From Sporopachydermia quercuum (taxonomy: Eukaryota), in contig BCGN01000001.1 of the NCBI GenBank assembly GCA_001599295.1, forward strand, positions 868,001 through 932,000: DNA of 64,000 nucleotides. The letters run 5' to 3'. The position numbers and the translations under genes are program-made. Under the pieces are notes generated by a model that was not told where the DNA came from, searched no databases, and saw only the letters and a list, made by a program, of their open reading frames with translations. Position 1 is the first letter of the stretch, and every line of letters starts with the position of its first letter. This document shows positions 24,389 to 36,064 of the stretch, piece after piece.

Positions 24389-26953
24389 ATGGGTGTGTCA
24401 GGATTGTTGCCACAGCTCAAATCAATACAGACTCCATGCACTTTGAAGCAGTTTTCAGGACAGTGTATAGCCATAGATGCTTACGCTTGGCTCCATAAAG
24501 CGATTCTAACGTGTTCCTGGGAGCTGGCAAACAATGTTCCTACAACTAAATATCTCACATATATCACCAACAGAATTAAACTGCTGAGGCACTATGATGT
24601 GGAACCTTTTTTTGTGTTTGATGGTGATTATCTACCAACGAAAAGCAAAACTGAAGAAGAACGCAAGAAAGCTCGTGAGGACGCAAAAAGTAAAGCTCGT
24701 GAATATTTGAAAGCTGGGGACTTTTTCAAAGCAAACAGCTCTTTTTTAAAAGCTGTTGATATTACTCCAGAGATGGCAAAAACTGTTATTGAATGTCTTA
24801 AGACCCTGAATATAGAATACGTGGTTGCACCTTATGAAGCAGATGCCCAGATGGTATATTTGGAAAAACATAACCATGTTCAAGGAATAATATCAGAAGA
24901 CTCTGATTTATTAGTATTTGGTGCCAAGAACTTGATAACGAAGCTCAATGAGTATGGCGAATGTATTCACATATCCAGAGACGCTTTTAGTACTAATTCT
25001 ACCAATTCTTACCTTGCGACATTCAATCAAGAGCAATTGAGAGCTGTTGCAATTTTATCAGGCTGTGACTATACTAATGGTATAAATGGAATAGGAATAA
25101 TAACCGCTTGTCGTATTATAAGTAAATCTACAGGAATTCACAAGGTAATCAATGATTTACGATTGCAAGGGAAGTATACAGTTCCAAGAGATTTTGGGCT
25201 AGAAGTTCAAAAAGCTGAACTATCATTTTTATACCAGAAAGTATGGGATATTAAGAACAAGCGAATAACAACGTTAAATGAACTTCCTGAAGGTGCAGAA
25301 GAACAATTTTCTCGATTTTTATATGATTGTATTGGCAGTTTGAGTGATCATTCTCTAGGTCATTGTATAGCTATTGGTGAAATTCATCCTATGAAGAAGG
25401 TCAAGCTTCTGCCATTGAATGAAACCTCTAATAGTTTACCAAACTTAAAACCGGGTGCATTATCAGCTATTAGTTCTGAGAGAAGCTTGAGTTCTTATAA
25501 TGGCTTTTATAAGAGGAGCGTTGATAGAACTAAAGTAGAGAGATCAGCATCAAGTCCTTTTCCTTCTGTTGGATCTGCTCAATCCATTGATAGATTTTTC
25601 CGAAGTAAGTTGAAATTATTTGGCTGTTATCAGTTGGACATGTTGTCGATGATATCTCGTGGAGAAACCTGTACTATATTATATATTATATGATACACTA
25701 CGTTTACATCATAACTCATAATTCATATTTGACATATTCTCACATACTAACACATGATAGAAACCAAAGCGCCAACCGAATTCACATCGTCTACAGCTAA
25801 ATACCTAAAGGATTCTTTTGCTTCCAAACAACAGCAACATCGCCAACAGTCTAAGAACGATATAACTGCTCTTCTCCAGAAAAGAAGTATGCTACTATCA
25901 TCTTCATCAGCAGGGGCTGTGGACTCGGAGACAAAAGAATCATTAAATGAGCCAACCACTAGTTCTTTCTTCACTAAGAGCTTCCCTAAGGGCTCCTCCA
26001 AGGAAGAACTAGCCTCTGAAGACAAAGAAGAGTTTAATGTTCATACATCTGATATAGAGGAGAATATCATGGAAACAATTGTCGACAATAAACATGCTGG
26101 ACAATTTGAAGGTGATGAGTCCCTAGATATAGATATTAGTAATAGTGATGGCTTTATCAATGACGACGATATTGAGATAAGTCAAGTATATGCGAACCAA
26201 GAGATTAGTAGGAAAATGCGTCCAAAGGATGATGATTATGGTGCTGGTGATAGAAAGGATAGAAGGGATAGTTATGCTGATATGGATAACGATAAAGATA
26301 ATAAGAATACTAAGGGGAAACAAGACTTTGATAATGAGAGCACTTTTGTCAACTACAAGAATAGTGTTGATCATGATAGCCCTAGTAACGGCAATAATGC
26401 CCACGACATAAGACAGTTCGCATTCAACGATCAACAAGAAACACCTGAAGGCTCAACATTAAGCCCTGATGCTCTTAGGGTCAGGTTTTCTTTTCCAGCA
26501 ATCAATAATAAGAATAATATACTGGAAACGGCTATTAGAAATAGTGGTAGCACTACAACTAATATTAATTGTAAAAAGATTCCTAAGAATGCTGATAATC
26601 CTGCTGTTGTGATGAATAATCAATCAGGATTAAGAACACCTTTAACTGAGAAACATATCAACAAGCTAACTGATATTACATCGGCAACAATCAGCCATCA
26701 GAAACTCTCAAACAAAACTATAAACAATAACAGCAAAATTAATATATATGTTAAAAGTTATACCACCAAATCTACACTTAAGACTACGGTTGGCAATACT
26801 ACACCTATGAAAACTTCCAGCAATAAAAGAAGATTAGCAGACATAGAAAATATACCACCAGCATCAACTTCGGCAAATGTTGAAAGGCAAGTGAGAAGGA
26901 AACCAATTTCTGTATCATTACATAATCTTGATAGATTTATATTTAAGCAATAA
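24389..26953 (+). CDS. EXO1: Exonuclease 1 (XPG/Rad2 family); exons 24389-25604 and 25761-26953
   Basis: MGVSGLLPQLK, IDAYAWLHK, VFDG, VAPYEADAQM, ISEDSDLLVFG and SGCDY. The phase-1 intron 25605-25760 (GTAAGT, TACTAAC 25745-25751, TAG) joins the two ORF-track ORFs in frame. MCB-like ACGCGA at about 24243. Confidence 0.95.
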
Positions 26954-27255
26954 TCAGAATTTATGCAATTAATGCAATTTACGCAATCCAAACATCTACT
27001 GTGAAACAGCTACATAAAATATAACTAATAGAAATATGAAAGAATAACTAACTAACTTCCAATAGAGTAAAATCCAATAATGAAATATGAAAACTAAAAC
27101 GTCTAGAAGCAAATATATGATGTTACTATAAATATACTATGAATATACTAAATATACTCATACTAATAGTAGTAATAATCCAGTTTTCCAATCGTTCACA
27201 TTGATCGTTGAAACTATGCAGAACAAATAATAATAATGAATCAGTACAAGTCAGA

Positions 27256-27799
27256 CCAATTGAATTCGCTCAGTTCAATTCAACTCAACTCAATAGGAAT
27301 AAACATATGAAGTGTCAACGAACTAAGCTTTTGCTTTTAATAACCTATAAAACTCGTCCTTTTGTTTGAGATTCAGCAATATGTTTTTCACTGTCGGGGA
27401 CTTTTCGTAAGGTTGTTCCCGATTGAATTGCACCAAGGAGGGCGCTGATATCCTGTGTAGGAGGGGGGCCCGCTGGAGGGTCATCTGTGGTGCTTGATTG
27501 AGGCTGGGGCATTGGGGCACCCCCACTAGCACCCCAATTGAATTCGCTCAGTTCAATTCAACTCAACTCAATAGGAATAAACATATGAAGTGTCAACGAA
27601 CTAAGCTTTTGCTTTTAATAACCTATAAAACTCGTCCTTTTGTTTGAGATTCAGCAATATGTTTTTCACTGTCGGGGACTTTTCGTAAGGTTGTTCCCGA
27701 TTGAATTGCACCAAGGAGGGCGCTGATATCCTGTGTAGGAGGGGGGCCCGCTGGAGGGTCATCTGTGGTGCTTGATTGAGGCTGGGGCATTGGGGCACC
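27256..27799. repeat. Direct tandem duplication, 266 bp x2 (27256-27521 and 27534-27799), of the PAN1 3' coding end plus 3' UTR
   Basis: The two copies read identical at offset 278 and are separated by the 12-bp insert CCCACTAGCACC. Confidence 0.95.
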
Positions 27800-30700
27800 A
27801 AAAATAGGTGGAGGAGGTGGTGCTGAACCGTTAGCAATTGTTAGCATACCAGGGGCTGGTGGTGCAGGAGGCGCGGGAGGTGCTACTGGTGGGGGTGGTG
27901 GGGGTGCTAGTGGGGGTGCTAGTGGGGGTGCTAGTGGGGGTGCTAGTGGGACTTCGGGGGCTTCGGACAGTGGGATCGGTGGCGCCGCTGGAATCTCAGA
28001 AGCTTCGGTTTGCGGGATCGGTGGCGCAGATGGAATCTCAGGTGGTTCGGCTTGAGGAAGAGGTGGCGCACTTGGGACAGGTGGAATCCCCATTTGGGGT
28101 AATGGTGGTGCCTCAGGAGCCACTGGAGCAACTTCCGGAACAAGTTCTGGTTCAGGTGTCTCGGGCGGTGTGGAGAACTCTGAATTAGACTCATCTGCTC
28201 TTGCCGCTGGCGCTGCTGTTATCGGGGCTGCTATTTGAGCGGCTGAGGCTGCGCCACTGTTATCCGCATTCCCATTGCTACTGCCAACACTATTCACCGA
28301 GCTATTCGTGTTCACCCGAGGGGGCCCCATGCTTCTAAACAACAAGGATGCTAACTCAGCAGGATTGTTTGCCCTAGGAATATCATCGTCATCGGAAGAT
28401 GACCCTTCACTTGATTCGTATCCCCAACCATCGTCTTGATCACCAGTGATGCCTCGTTGAGATGCCCTTTGGCTGGCAGCTTCTTCGGGAGACACTTCCG
28501 GTTCTGTAGCTTTAGAAGGCATTTGTCTTTTATAGCTTTGCTCATGAACAGAAGTAACCAAAGGAGTGGTACCACTGGAAACAACAGTTGAATTGTCTGC
28601 AATTGGTTGTTTCTGGGCAAGATTCTGTTTGGCAAAAGGATTATTGCTACTGATAGATATCTGAGCAACAGGAATCTCTAATCCATTTGTACTGGCTAAA
28701 TTAGAAGTAGGTGTAATCGGAACAGTTGGAACAGATGCAGCAAGCGGAACTGGTGGAACAAATGGAGGAATGTCTGTTGATTCTGTATTAGACTGTTCAT
28801 TAGCTTCATTCTTGTCTCCATCTTCGTCTTCATCGTCCTCATTGTTGCTACTGTTCAATAGCTCCAATTCCCTTTTCTTTGCTTCTTCCATTTCTTTTCT
28901 CAGCTGTGCTAACTTTTCTTCATTCTGTTTCCTTTTCTTCGAATGTTTGACTTTCTTTGCCTTTGCTTCCTCTTGGAGTTTCTTAATTCTGGCTTCTTGT
29001 TCAGCTTTTGCTTTTAATAATGCCTTAATTTCTTCGTCTTCCTCTTCCTCTTCCTCGCTTTCACTTTCATCCTCAGCAACAGTAGTTGTAGGTGTAGTTG
29101 TAGCTGGAGACAAAGATTTAGATGTAACATGTTCTGCTTCATGGGAAGGTTGTTGCTTCTGTTCTTCGCGTGCTGATGATCCATGAGAATGTCTTGCTGG
29201 TGGCACAGCAGGAGCCGGAGGTTTAGCAGTAGAAACTGCGGCTTTTGGTGCAACTGGTGAGACGGACGTAGGAGTTTGGCCTCCTGTGGTTTCTGGAGTT
29301 GACCTTGCAGAATTTTCCTGTGCTGGGGGAGTAGAAAAGGAAGAATTGCTTCTATTCTTATTCCTGGTAATACCAAGCTTGGCCAGTCGTTCATTCATTT
29401 TCTTTTCTGCTTGAGCTTTGATATATGCTGCTCTTTCCTCGGGAGTCTTATATTGGCTAGTACTTCCGCTTCCAGTTCCACTTATTGACGCCTCTGCTTT
29501 AGCCGAGGCTAACACACCATTAACAGTATTGCTGTAACTAGGTCTAGAAATTTGTTGATTCTGTTGTTTATTATTCTGGTTATATTTCCTCGTATTCACA
29601 CCAACAGACTGTAAACTTCTAATAAAATCCTTTACTTCATCTTCCATTCCATATCCTTCTTCAAATGATCTATAATTTCTATCATCTTCAGCATTTGCTG
29701 TCTTTCTCAACACTTGGGTAATGCTTTCTTTCATCATCTTGATACTATCATTGATTTCATCAATAATATGCTCATGGTTTTCCTTCTCAGCATATACTTT
29801 CTTTGATTCTTCCGTGATCTTAGCATCAAGCTCTTCAAAGCTCATGCCTCCATTATTATCAACAGTCTTACCAGTCAACTGGGCCAATTTTGATTTCAGA
29901 AGATACTTAGACTTGGCTAGTCTTCTATCCTTCTCAGAAACTTCACCGTTAGGTCCTGTACCTAGAATTGGGACTCCACCAGGATTATCCTGTTGAAGGT
30001 TGATTCTGAATAATTCAATTTTGGCTTTGGCAATCTCTTCTTCTGTTTTCTTGATTGATTCCACCAAAGAAGGTACTGAAGCAGTCAAAAGGGTTAATTG
30101 GTTCATCAAATGCTTCTTGGTCTCTCCATCAGCTTCGTTATCGCCTCCAGCACCATTGGAACTAGTGTTGGCTCCCCGTTTGTCTAATTCTTCTTGAACA
30201 ACACGTATTTTACGTTTCAGAACTTCAATTTCTCCTCTATCGCGAGCATCAAGGACTTCATCAGTGTTTTCGTCTTCTCCCAGTTCTTCCTGTGCGTCTA
30301 AAGCATCTAAAACAATTTGTTTCTCATGAATGATCTTCCTGAGTTCATCTTTAGAAAGCTCACGAGAAGATTTGCCGGCGGAACTGTTCTGATAGCTATT
30401 GCTATTACTGCTATTATTACTGGTTACATCATTGCCATCAATCTTCTTTCTTGATTGATGCCTCGTACGAGAAACATAGCTGATTTCACTGTCGTCGTTC
30501 TTAAACGAAGCAGCATCACGGCCAGCAACAGAACCTTTATTCTTGAAAGAATGCTTGCGGACTCCACTATTTTCAGTGTTGGTTTTCAGATAGGTTTTAA
30601 TCTGGCTGATGGAGTCTTTGAAGTTCCTTGAAGATGGGGGAACTAATTCAGGTGGTAATCTAGTTGGCAATTGATATCCACTAATTCTTCTGTATACTAA

Positions 30701-32239
30701 ATGCATGGCAACAGCAAATTCGTCTCTGTTGAGTTTGCCTTTATTATCAGGATCACATAAGTTCCAGATGGCTTCCAGGTCTTGTCTATTGAGACCTGAT
30801 TTAGAAAAGATCTCGATGGCGTTTTCCCCGGTAATGAAACCTTTATTGAGACCATCCCAAGCGTCAAAGATGTTGTCATAGATTCTCTTTTCTTGTTTGG
30901 TGATGGCCCAAGGGATGTGATTTGGCGATCCAGTTTTTTGGGCAGTGAGAGGGCTCATTGTAAGCGGTTGAATGGTAGAACCTGTTGGAGTGAATTGCAT
31001 TGGCATGAATTGTTCTTGCAGTTTGTCAATATTGGGTAAACCACCCGAAGGGGCGTTGACAAAACCCCATTGGCCAGGAATTCCTGTAGGTTGAGATTGA
31101 AGCGGAGTAGTATATCCTGTAGGTTGAGATTGCAGTGCCGCAGCATATCCTGTGGCTTGCGATTGAAGCGGTGCAGTATAGCCTGTAGGTTGAGATTGCA
31201 GTGCCACAGCATATCCTGTGGCTTGCGATTGAAGCGGTGCAGTATAGCCTGTAGGTTGAGATTGCAGTGGCGCAGTGTATCCTGTAGGCTGACCAAGAAC
31301 ACCTTCTAACTGTTGAAGGGTAGAAGCCTCAGGTGGCTTAGAAGTCTCCTGAGAATAAAAATGAGGAACATTAGTATTTTTACTCTTATTATCCTCATCA
31401 TCAACAGAAAAACTAATAATATCGACCATTGAGACAACCTCATTGCGAACCTGCTCAGGAACAGAATCTGGGATCACCTCATGCTTTAATGCCTTATTGC
31501 AATAATACATTGCTAGTGCAAACTCTGGAAATAGTAATCTACCAGCTTTAGTAATATCAGCAAGCTCCCAAATCTTAGTAAGAATAATAGGTGGAAGTCT
31601 AGAACGTTCTAATATATTTCTGGCTTTATCACCAGAGATATATTGCTCGTTTGGTGTAACAGCAGTTTTGAATAGCTCTTCAAACTTCTTTTGATCTTGA
31701 GCAGTAATAAACGACAGCCTTATATTAGGGATTCGTAAAGTATTTGATTTATTACGGTTCACATCTGGAGCACTTTGGGACTGAGTTTGGTAGGAACCAG
31801 TAAGCAAATTAGTAGAGATACCTGTTGGAACAGCTGGAACATAGCCAGTTTGCTGAGGAGCAATAAATCCGCCGGGAGCAACTGGATATCCAGTTATTGT
31901 AGGTTGAATTGGCTGTAGCACATTAGAAGATTCCTGTAAGACCTGACCAGAAGTTGAACGCAAATAACCAGTCTGCATTGGCTGCAATTCTCCGGTAGGG
32001 GCTCCTTGAGCTCCAACTCCTCCTGATAGCGGCGGACCTGGTGAATAGACGTTTGGTCCGACATAAGGAGAATAGACATTTTGAGACTGTCCTAAAGGAG
32101 CATTCAACCCTGAAGAGAAAACTCCCGTTTGCTGATATTTCAACGATGGTTGTTGCTGTTGATTCTGCTGTTGTTGTTGTTGATATTGGCTGACCCCAAA
32201 ATAGCCAGTGGCCTGAGGGTTCAAAGGGTAGTCAGACAT
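27623..32239 (-). CDS. PAN1: Endocytic scaffold / actin regulator Pan1
   Basis: IPNIRLSFITAQDQKKFEELF, two EH domains, LQSQPTGY repeats, coiled coil, NPF motif, proline-rich region and C-terminal WH2 (ISALLGAIQSGTTLRKV). Confidence 0.96.
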   Translation of the reverse strand: MSDYPLNPQATGYFGVSQYQQQQQQNQQQQPSLKYQQTGVFSSGLNAPLGQSQNVYSPYVGPNVYSPGPPLSGGVGAQGAPTGELQPMQTGYLRSTSGQVLQESSNVLQPIQPTITGYPVAPGGFIAPQQTGYVPAVPTGISTNLLTGSYQTQSQSAPDVNRNKSNTLRIPNIRLSFITAQDQKKFEELFKTAVTPNEQYISGDKARNILERSRLPPIILTKIWELADITKAGRLLFPEFALAMYYCNKALKHEVIPDSVPEQVRNEVVSMVDIISFSVDDEDNKSKNTNVPHFYSQETSKPPEASTLQQLEGVLGQPTGYTAPLQSQPTGYTAPLQSQATGYAVALQSQPTGYTAPLQSQATGYAAALQSQPTGYTTPLQSQPTGIPGQWGFVNAPSGGLPNIDKLQEQFMPMQFTPTGSTIQPLTMSPLTAQKTGSPNHIPWAITKQEKRIYDNIFDAWDGLNKGFITGENAIEIFSKSGLNRQDLEAIWNLCDPDNKGKLNRDEFAVAMHLVYRRISGYQLPTRLPPELVPPSSRNFKDSISQIKTYLKTNTENSGVRKHSFKNKGSVAGRDAASFKNDDSEISYVSRTRHQSRKKIDGNDVTSNNSSNSNSYQNSSAGKSSRELSKDELRKIIHEKQIVLDALDAQEELGEDENTDEVLDARDRGEIEVLKRKIRVVQEELDKRGANTSSNGAGGDNEADGETKKHLMNQLTLLTASVPSLVESIKKTEEEIAKAKIELFRINLQQDNPGGVPILGTGPNGEVSEKDRRLAKSKYLLKSKLAQLTGKTVDNNGGMSFEELDAKITEESKKVYAEKENHEHIIDEINDSIKMMKESITQVLRKTANAEDDRNYRSFEEGYGMEDEVKDFIRSLQSVGVNTRKYNQNNKQQNQQISRPSYSNTVNGVLASAKAEASISGTGSGSTSQYKTPEERAAYIKAQAEKKMNERLAKLGITRNKNRSNSSFSTPPAQENSARSTPETTGGQTPTSVSPVAPKAAVSTAKPPAPAVPPARHSHGSSAREEQKQQPSHEAEHVTSKSLSPATTTPTTTVAEDESESEEEEEEDEEIKALLKAKAEQEARIKKLQEEAKAKKVKHSKKRKQNEEKLAQLRKEMEEAKKRELELLNSSNNEDDEDEDGDKNEANEQSNTESTDIPPFVPPVPLAASVPTVPITPTSNLASTNGLEIPVAQISISSNNPFAKQNLAQKQPIADNSTVVSSGTTPLVTSVHEQSYKRQMPSKATEPEVSPEEAASQRASQRGITGDQDDGWGYESSEGSSSDDDDIPRANNPAELASLLFRSMGPPRVNTNSSVNSVGSSNGNADNSGAASAAQIAAPITAAPAARADESNSEFSTPPETPEPELVPEVAPVAPEAPPLPQMGIPPVPSAPPLPQAEPPEIPSAPPIPQTEASEIPAAPPIPLSEAPEVPLAPPLAPPLAPPLAPPPPPPVAPPAPPAPPAPGMLTIANGSAPPPPPIFGAPMPQPQSSTTDDPPAGPPPTQDISALLGAIQSGTTLRKVPDSEKHIAESQTKGRVL
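31083..31290 (-). repeat. 33-bp coding tandem repeat (LQSQ[PA]TGY...) in PAN1, about 6 units
   Basis: Visible in both DNA and protein. Confidence 0.9.
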
Positions 32240-33598
32240 TTCGGCAATCGACGATTAATGGCGAGTGAATAGATCAATCGTTAAACCTATCAAGTTATGC
32301 TATATTTGAATGAATTAGAAATGATTGATGGTTTAATTGATTGATTGTTCGTTGTTTGCTCGTTCGCTCGTTGTTCAAACGGATTGTTCGATAACAAAAC
32401 GATTTGTACCGAAGTAGTTCAATAACAACTATACTAAATGACTACTCAATCGATCTCTGTAGATAAAACCAAACAAAAGACTATATACAATAGACAATAC
32501 AATTGAAACAAGTAAACCAGAATATTTCACTTGTATTTGCTTGATTCTTGCAGTACTGTATAATAATCTAATCACTCTTATCTGATTTGATCGATTGATT
32601 GATTGATTCCTCTGTTATAGTAATAGCAAAGCATTCACAATCTGACTTAGTGCACTGTATTGAACAAATCGCTTCTCTTTCTATCAATCAAGCCAATATG
32701 AATAATTCTCTTGACTTCTATAATTCAAAAGCTTGAAAAGAAGACTGATTGACAATTGATTGATTTCTTTTGATGAATCAAGTAGCCTTCCTTTGATCGT
32801 TGATGCCCCTGTACAATTGTTGTCTCAAAGGGAGTAATTAGTCCTTCGAAACCTTTCGTAGCCCGAAAGGTCTTTGACTTTCCTGTCTCTTCTTGTCATC
32901 GGGGTGTTCTGGAGAGTATATGCTGGGGTGAGACACAAGATGAGACTGTAGACAGTAAATGGAGTTGAAATGGATATGGAGAATTGACACTTTCGAGATA
33001 ACTGTAATCCAATGTAGGGTTTTGAGTATAATTAGCGATTTTAGAATATTATACAGTGCAATGTTAATTAAAGTGATTCGTGTATAATTGGGACTGTAAA
33101 AATAGTAAATCAAGATATGATGTTTTCGTCCTAGAATGCTCCATGGTAATCACTTGTTATACAGTCTTACCGGACAATAATTTATATTTTCTCTTACGTT
33201 TGTCTAGTTTCCTGTCTTTCTTCCTCACGTCTCCTCGTGGTTAAATCTTCCTCAACTGATCCTTAAACGCGTATTTGTTCAGCTCTCCGCATCTAGGAAT
33301 AGTATATTACTGAATAAATTATATGGTTGTAAAACATAAACGTTCTGTACAAATGTGTTCTTTTCAACAATAAGAAACCAGTAGTGATCTGCTGTAGCAA
33401 AAGAATAGTTGAGTGCTCACTCTGCAAATTGATTTGTTGTCTGTTTATCCAGCAAGCAACAAATCCAATTTGCAACCAGAATTGAATCGCAAGCAGGTAT
33501 CTAATATTTTTCCATTCATTGACATGGAAATAGTATATGATTATTTGAGAGAAGCAACTGCTATTCAAGACTTGGGAGTATTTACGTATTAGTATAAA

Positions 33599-35239
33599 AT
33601 GAGCATTGATGTGAAAACAGGGGACGATAACGTTTCTGACAAATTCATTAAAACATCAACACCAGTCAAACTTCAAAAGGACACCAAAGCTATTTACAAC
33701 ATTCATTACGTTTTCCGCAATGGTATTAAATTTGCTTGCAATATAAACGTTGACGAAGACGATGATGAAGATGAGGAAGAAGTTTACCAACAAGGACAAG
33801 GTGGAAAGCGAACCGGCGATGATAGCAAGAACAAAGGTAATAGTAATGGACAATTAAACCGCAAAGTTAAGAAGCCTTTGTTGTTCAAATCATCCAAGTA
33901 TCAAGAAAAGCTGAAAACTGCCATTATCAATCATTTTTCAGATAAAAAGAAACTGCAATTGCATTCGACTTTCTCATGTATTTTCAAGCCCTATCAGCAA
34001 GAATATGGCCATGTAAAGTTCGATGCTAATTTTGGTGTGAAAGGAAAGTACTATGAGAAAACTATGAAAGAATTGTCAAAACTAGAAAAGGGATTGCAAG
34101 TTTCATTGGATTTTGATTTGATTATTGAGAATGCTCTGAACCCTGATTTGAGAGCAAGACATGAGAAAGAGGAGAAAGAACGTGAAGAAGAAGAATGGCA
34201 GAGGCAACTGGAGATCGAAAAAGAACAACGGTTCGAACAGCAGCAGCTGAAACGTCAACAGCAAGAGCAGAAGATGCTCAAGCAGCAACAACAAGAAAAA
34301 CGAAGAAGGCTTCAAGACAAAGAACAACTGCCAAAAATACCCAAGCATCAACAACAACATCATCATCATCATCATCATCATCAGCAAGATTCCGCTGAAC
34401 CTGTAGATTCTGGAGATGTTGAACCTGATTTCGACTCTGTTGATGACAGAGATCAACAGGGAGTTTCTGCTACATTGAAACCTATTGAAGACTCAGATAC
34501 TACTGACAAGAAAAGTTCTGCTGCTTCACCTTCTGCTAGTATATCTACTGGTACTTCTACTTCCAATGCTTCAAAAATAGGCGCTGCTTCTACTCCTAAG
34601 AGCAAATTTAATCGTAAAAACAATAACACTAATAAGGTTGAGAAAACTTTTACTCCCAGTAGTACTCCAAGTGTACATGTTGATAAAATTTCGGGAACCA
34701 ATGGAGGATCGATTCAAGAGAGCTCTCCGATTGTGCTTTATGATGATGTTGTTCCTTTAGAAGCTATTCGTTCAAAGAGTGAAAACAAGAAAAACAGTGC
34801 CTCATCCTTAACGTCATCATTGAAACGAGCAAGGTCAACATCTATTGAGACAGACGACAAAAAGAAGAAACCCAAAGTCCAATCAGAGTTCAAGCAAGAA
34901 ACAAACGCTCTTATACATCCGTTAAATTTAGCATATAGTCCTCTAGACAACGATGAGGAAGATCTGAAGTATCCTACCACTGTTATAATCCAATTGAATG
35001 AGAAAGTCAAACCTAGTGCGAAGGTCAAGTCTACTTTATTTGATAGTAGGAAAGGTGGATTATTAGAATATATTTGGTATAAATCTAGACTGGTCCAGGG
35101 AGGGAATCCTGGTAAAGATGTTATAACAAGGAATGGAGTCTATCGTGATGTTCTTACTTCTGGAGGTAGTAAAACGCGATCGTTTGTTAAATTTAAGAAC
35201 ACTCTACCTTTCTTGAAGCGAAACCTCGGTCACGTTTGA
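33599..35239 (+). CDS. Uncharacterised 546-aa protein (folded-looking termini; central coiled coil, poly-Q and poly-H; basic NLS-like KKKKPK)
   Basis: Long ORF with good start context (TAAAATG). MCB element ACGCGT near 33267-33272 upstream. Family not recognised. Confidence 0.8.
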   Translation: MSIDVKTGDDNVSDKFIKTSTPVKLQKDTKAIYNIHYVFRNGIKFACNINVDEDDDEDEEEVYQQGQGGKRTGDDSKNKGNSNGQLNRKVKKPLLFKSSKYQEKLKTAIINHFSDKKKLQLHSTFSCIFKPYQQEYGHVKFDANFGVKGKYYEKTMKELSKLEKGLQVSLDFDLIIENALNPDLRARHEKEEKEREEEEWQRQLEIEKEQRFEQQQLKRQQQEQKMLKQQQQEKRRRLQDKEQLPKIPKHQQQHHHHHHHHQQDSAEPVDSGDVEPDFDSVDDRDQQGVSATLKPIEDSDTTDKKSSAASPSASISTGTSTSNASKIGAASTPKSKFNRKNNNTNKVEKTFTPSSTPSVHVDKISGTNGGSIQESSPIVLYDDVVPLEAIRSKSENKKNSASSLTSSLKRARSTSIETDDKKKKPKVQSEFKQETNALIHPLNLAYSPLDNDEEDLKYPTTVIIQLNEKVKPSAKVKSTLFDSRKGGLLEYIWYKSRLVQGGNPGKDVITRNGVYRDVLTSGGSKTRSFVKFKNTLPFLKRNLGHV

Positions 35240-35277
35240 CGTGTATTGTTAGTGAATTATGTATTTCTATTGTTCAT

Positions 35278-35322
35278 TTGTTTACTTGTTTACTTGTTTA
35301 CTTGTTTACTTGTTTACTTGTT
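35278..35322. repeat. (TTGTTTAC)5 tandem array, matching the Forkhead consensus GTAAACAA on the minus strand
   Basis: Five perfect 8-mers plus a partial copy. Confidence 0.9.
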
Positions 35323-36064
35323 CAATTTATTAGGTGTATTGTTCATTATTGTTATTATAGTTGAGGATTGATACTATTTTTAGTTAATGTTATGATTACT
35401 ACTATGCTATTGGTAGCAGAATTACGTCAAGTTAATCGCTCACATTACTGTTATTGCCATTATTACTATTGATTTCAATTAAAATGTACATTATTATCAC
35501 TATAAGACTATTGACTTGACTATCCTTTCTAGTGGTTGTAAATGCAGGCGTAAAGTAAAGTAAAAATTGATTTTATTATCTTCAATTCTTTTATTCAATT
35601 CAATGCAATTCTTCCTGGAAAGCATTTTTCTCGAACCTATCTATAATAAACAAGGAATAAACAGTAAAGAACTACTCAACAAAACATATCCCAAATCCAA
35701 AACAATTAAAAAAAAATCCAATTAAAATAAACCATATATGAGTTTCTCAACCCTATCAACACATAATAGCAACGTACTATCCTTATTGCCTTTTCACTTA
35801 ATTTCACTTTCACTTTCACTTTCACTTTCTTCTTCTTTTTCATTTCTCCTATTCTATTCACCATTCATTTTTTATCATCTCTCTTTCATTCGTAGTATAG
35901 GGCAGTATTGTATTACACTTTTTTGCGATATAATACAGAGTATGTCCTTTTGTTCATACTTCCAATACAGTCATCAAGATAGTGTTAAAAATCCTGTTAC
36001 CAATTATAGTCAACGAAATGTCACATAACTTATTAGCACACGAGAAGAGAAATAAGAACTCTAT

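Noticed and set aside
27323..27837. The two near-identical 69-aa and 78-aa minus-strand ORFs as a paralogous gene pair
   Set aside because: They are alternate-frame readings of the PAN1 end and its duplicate.
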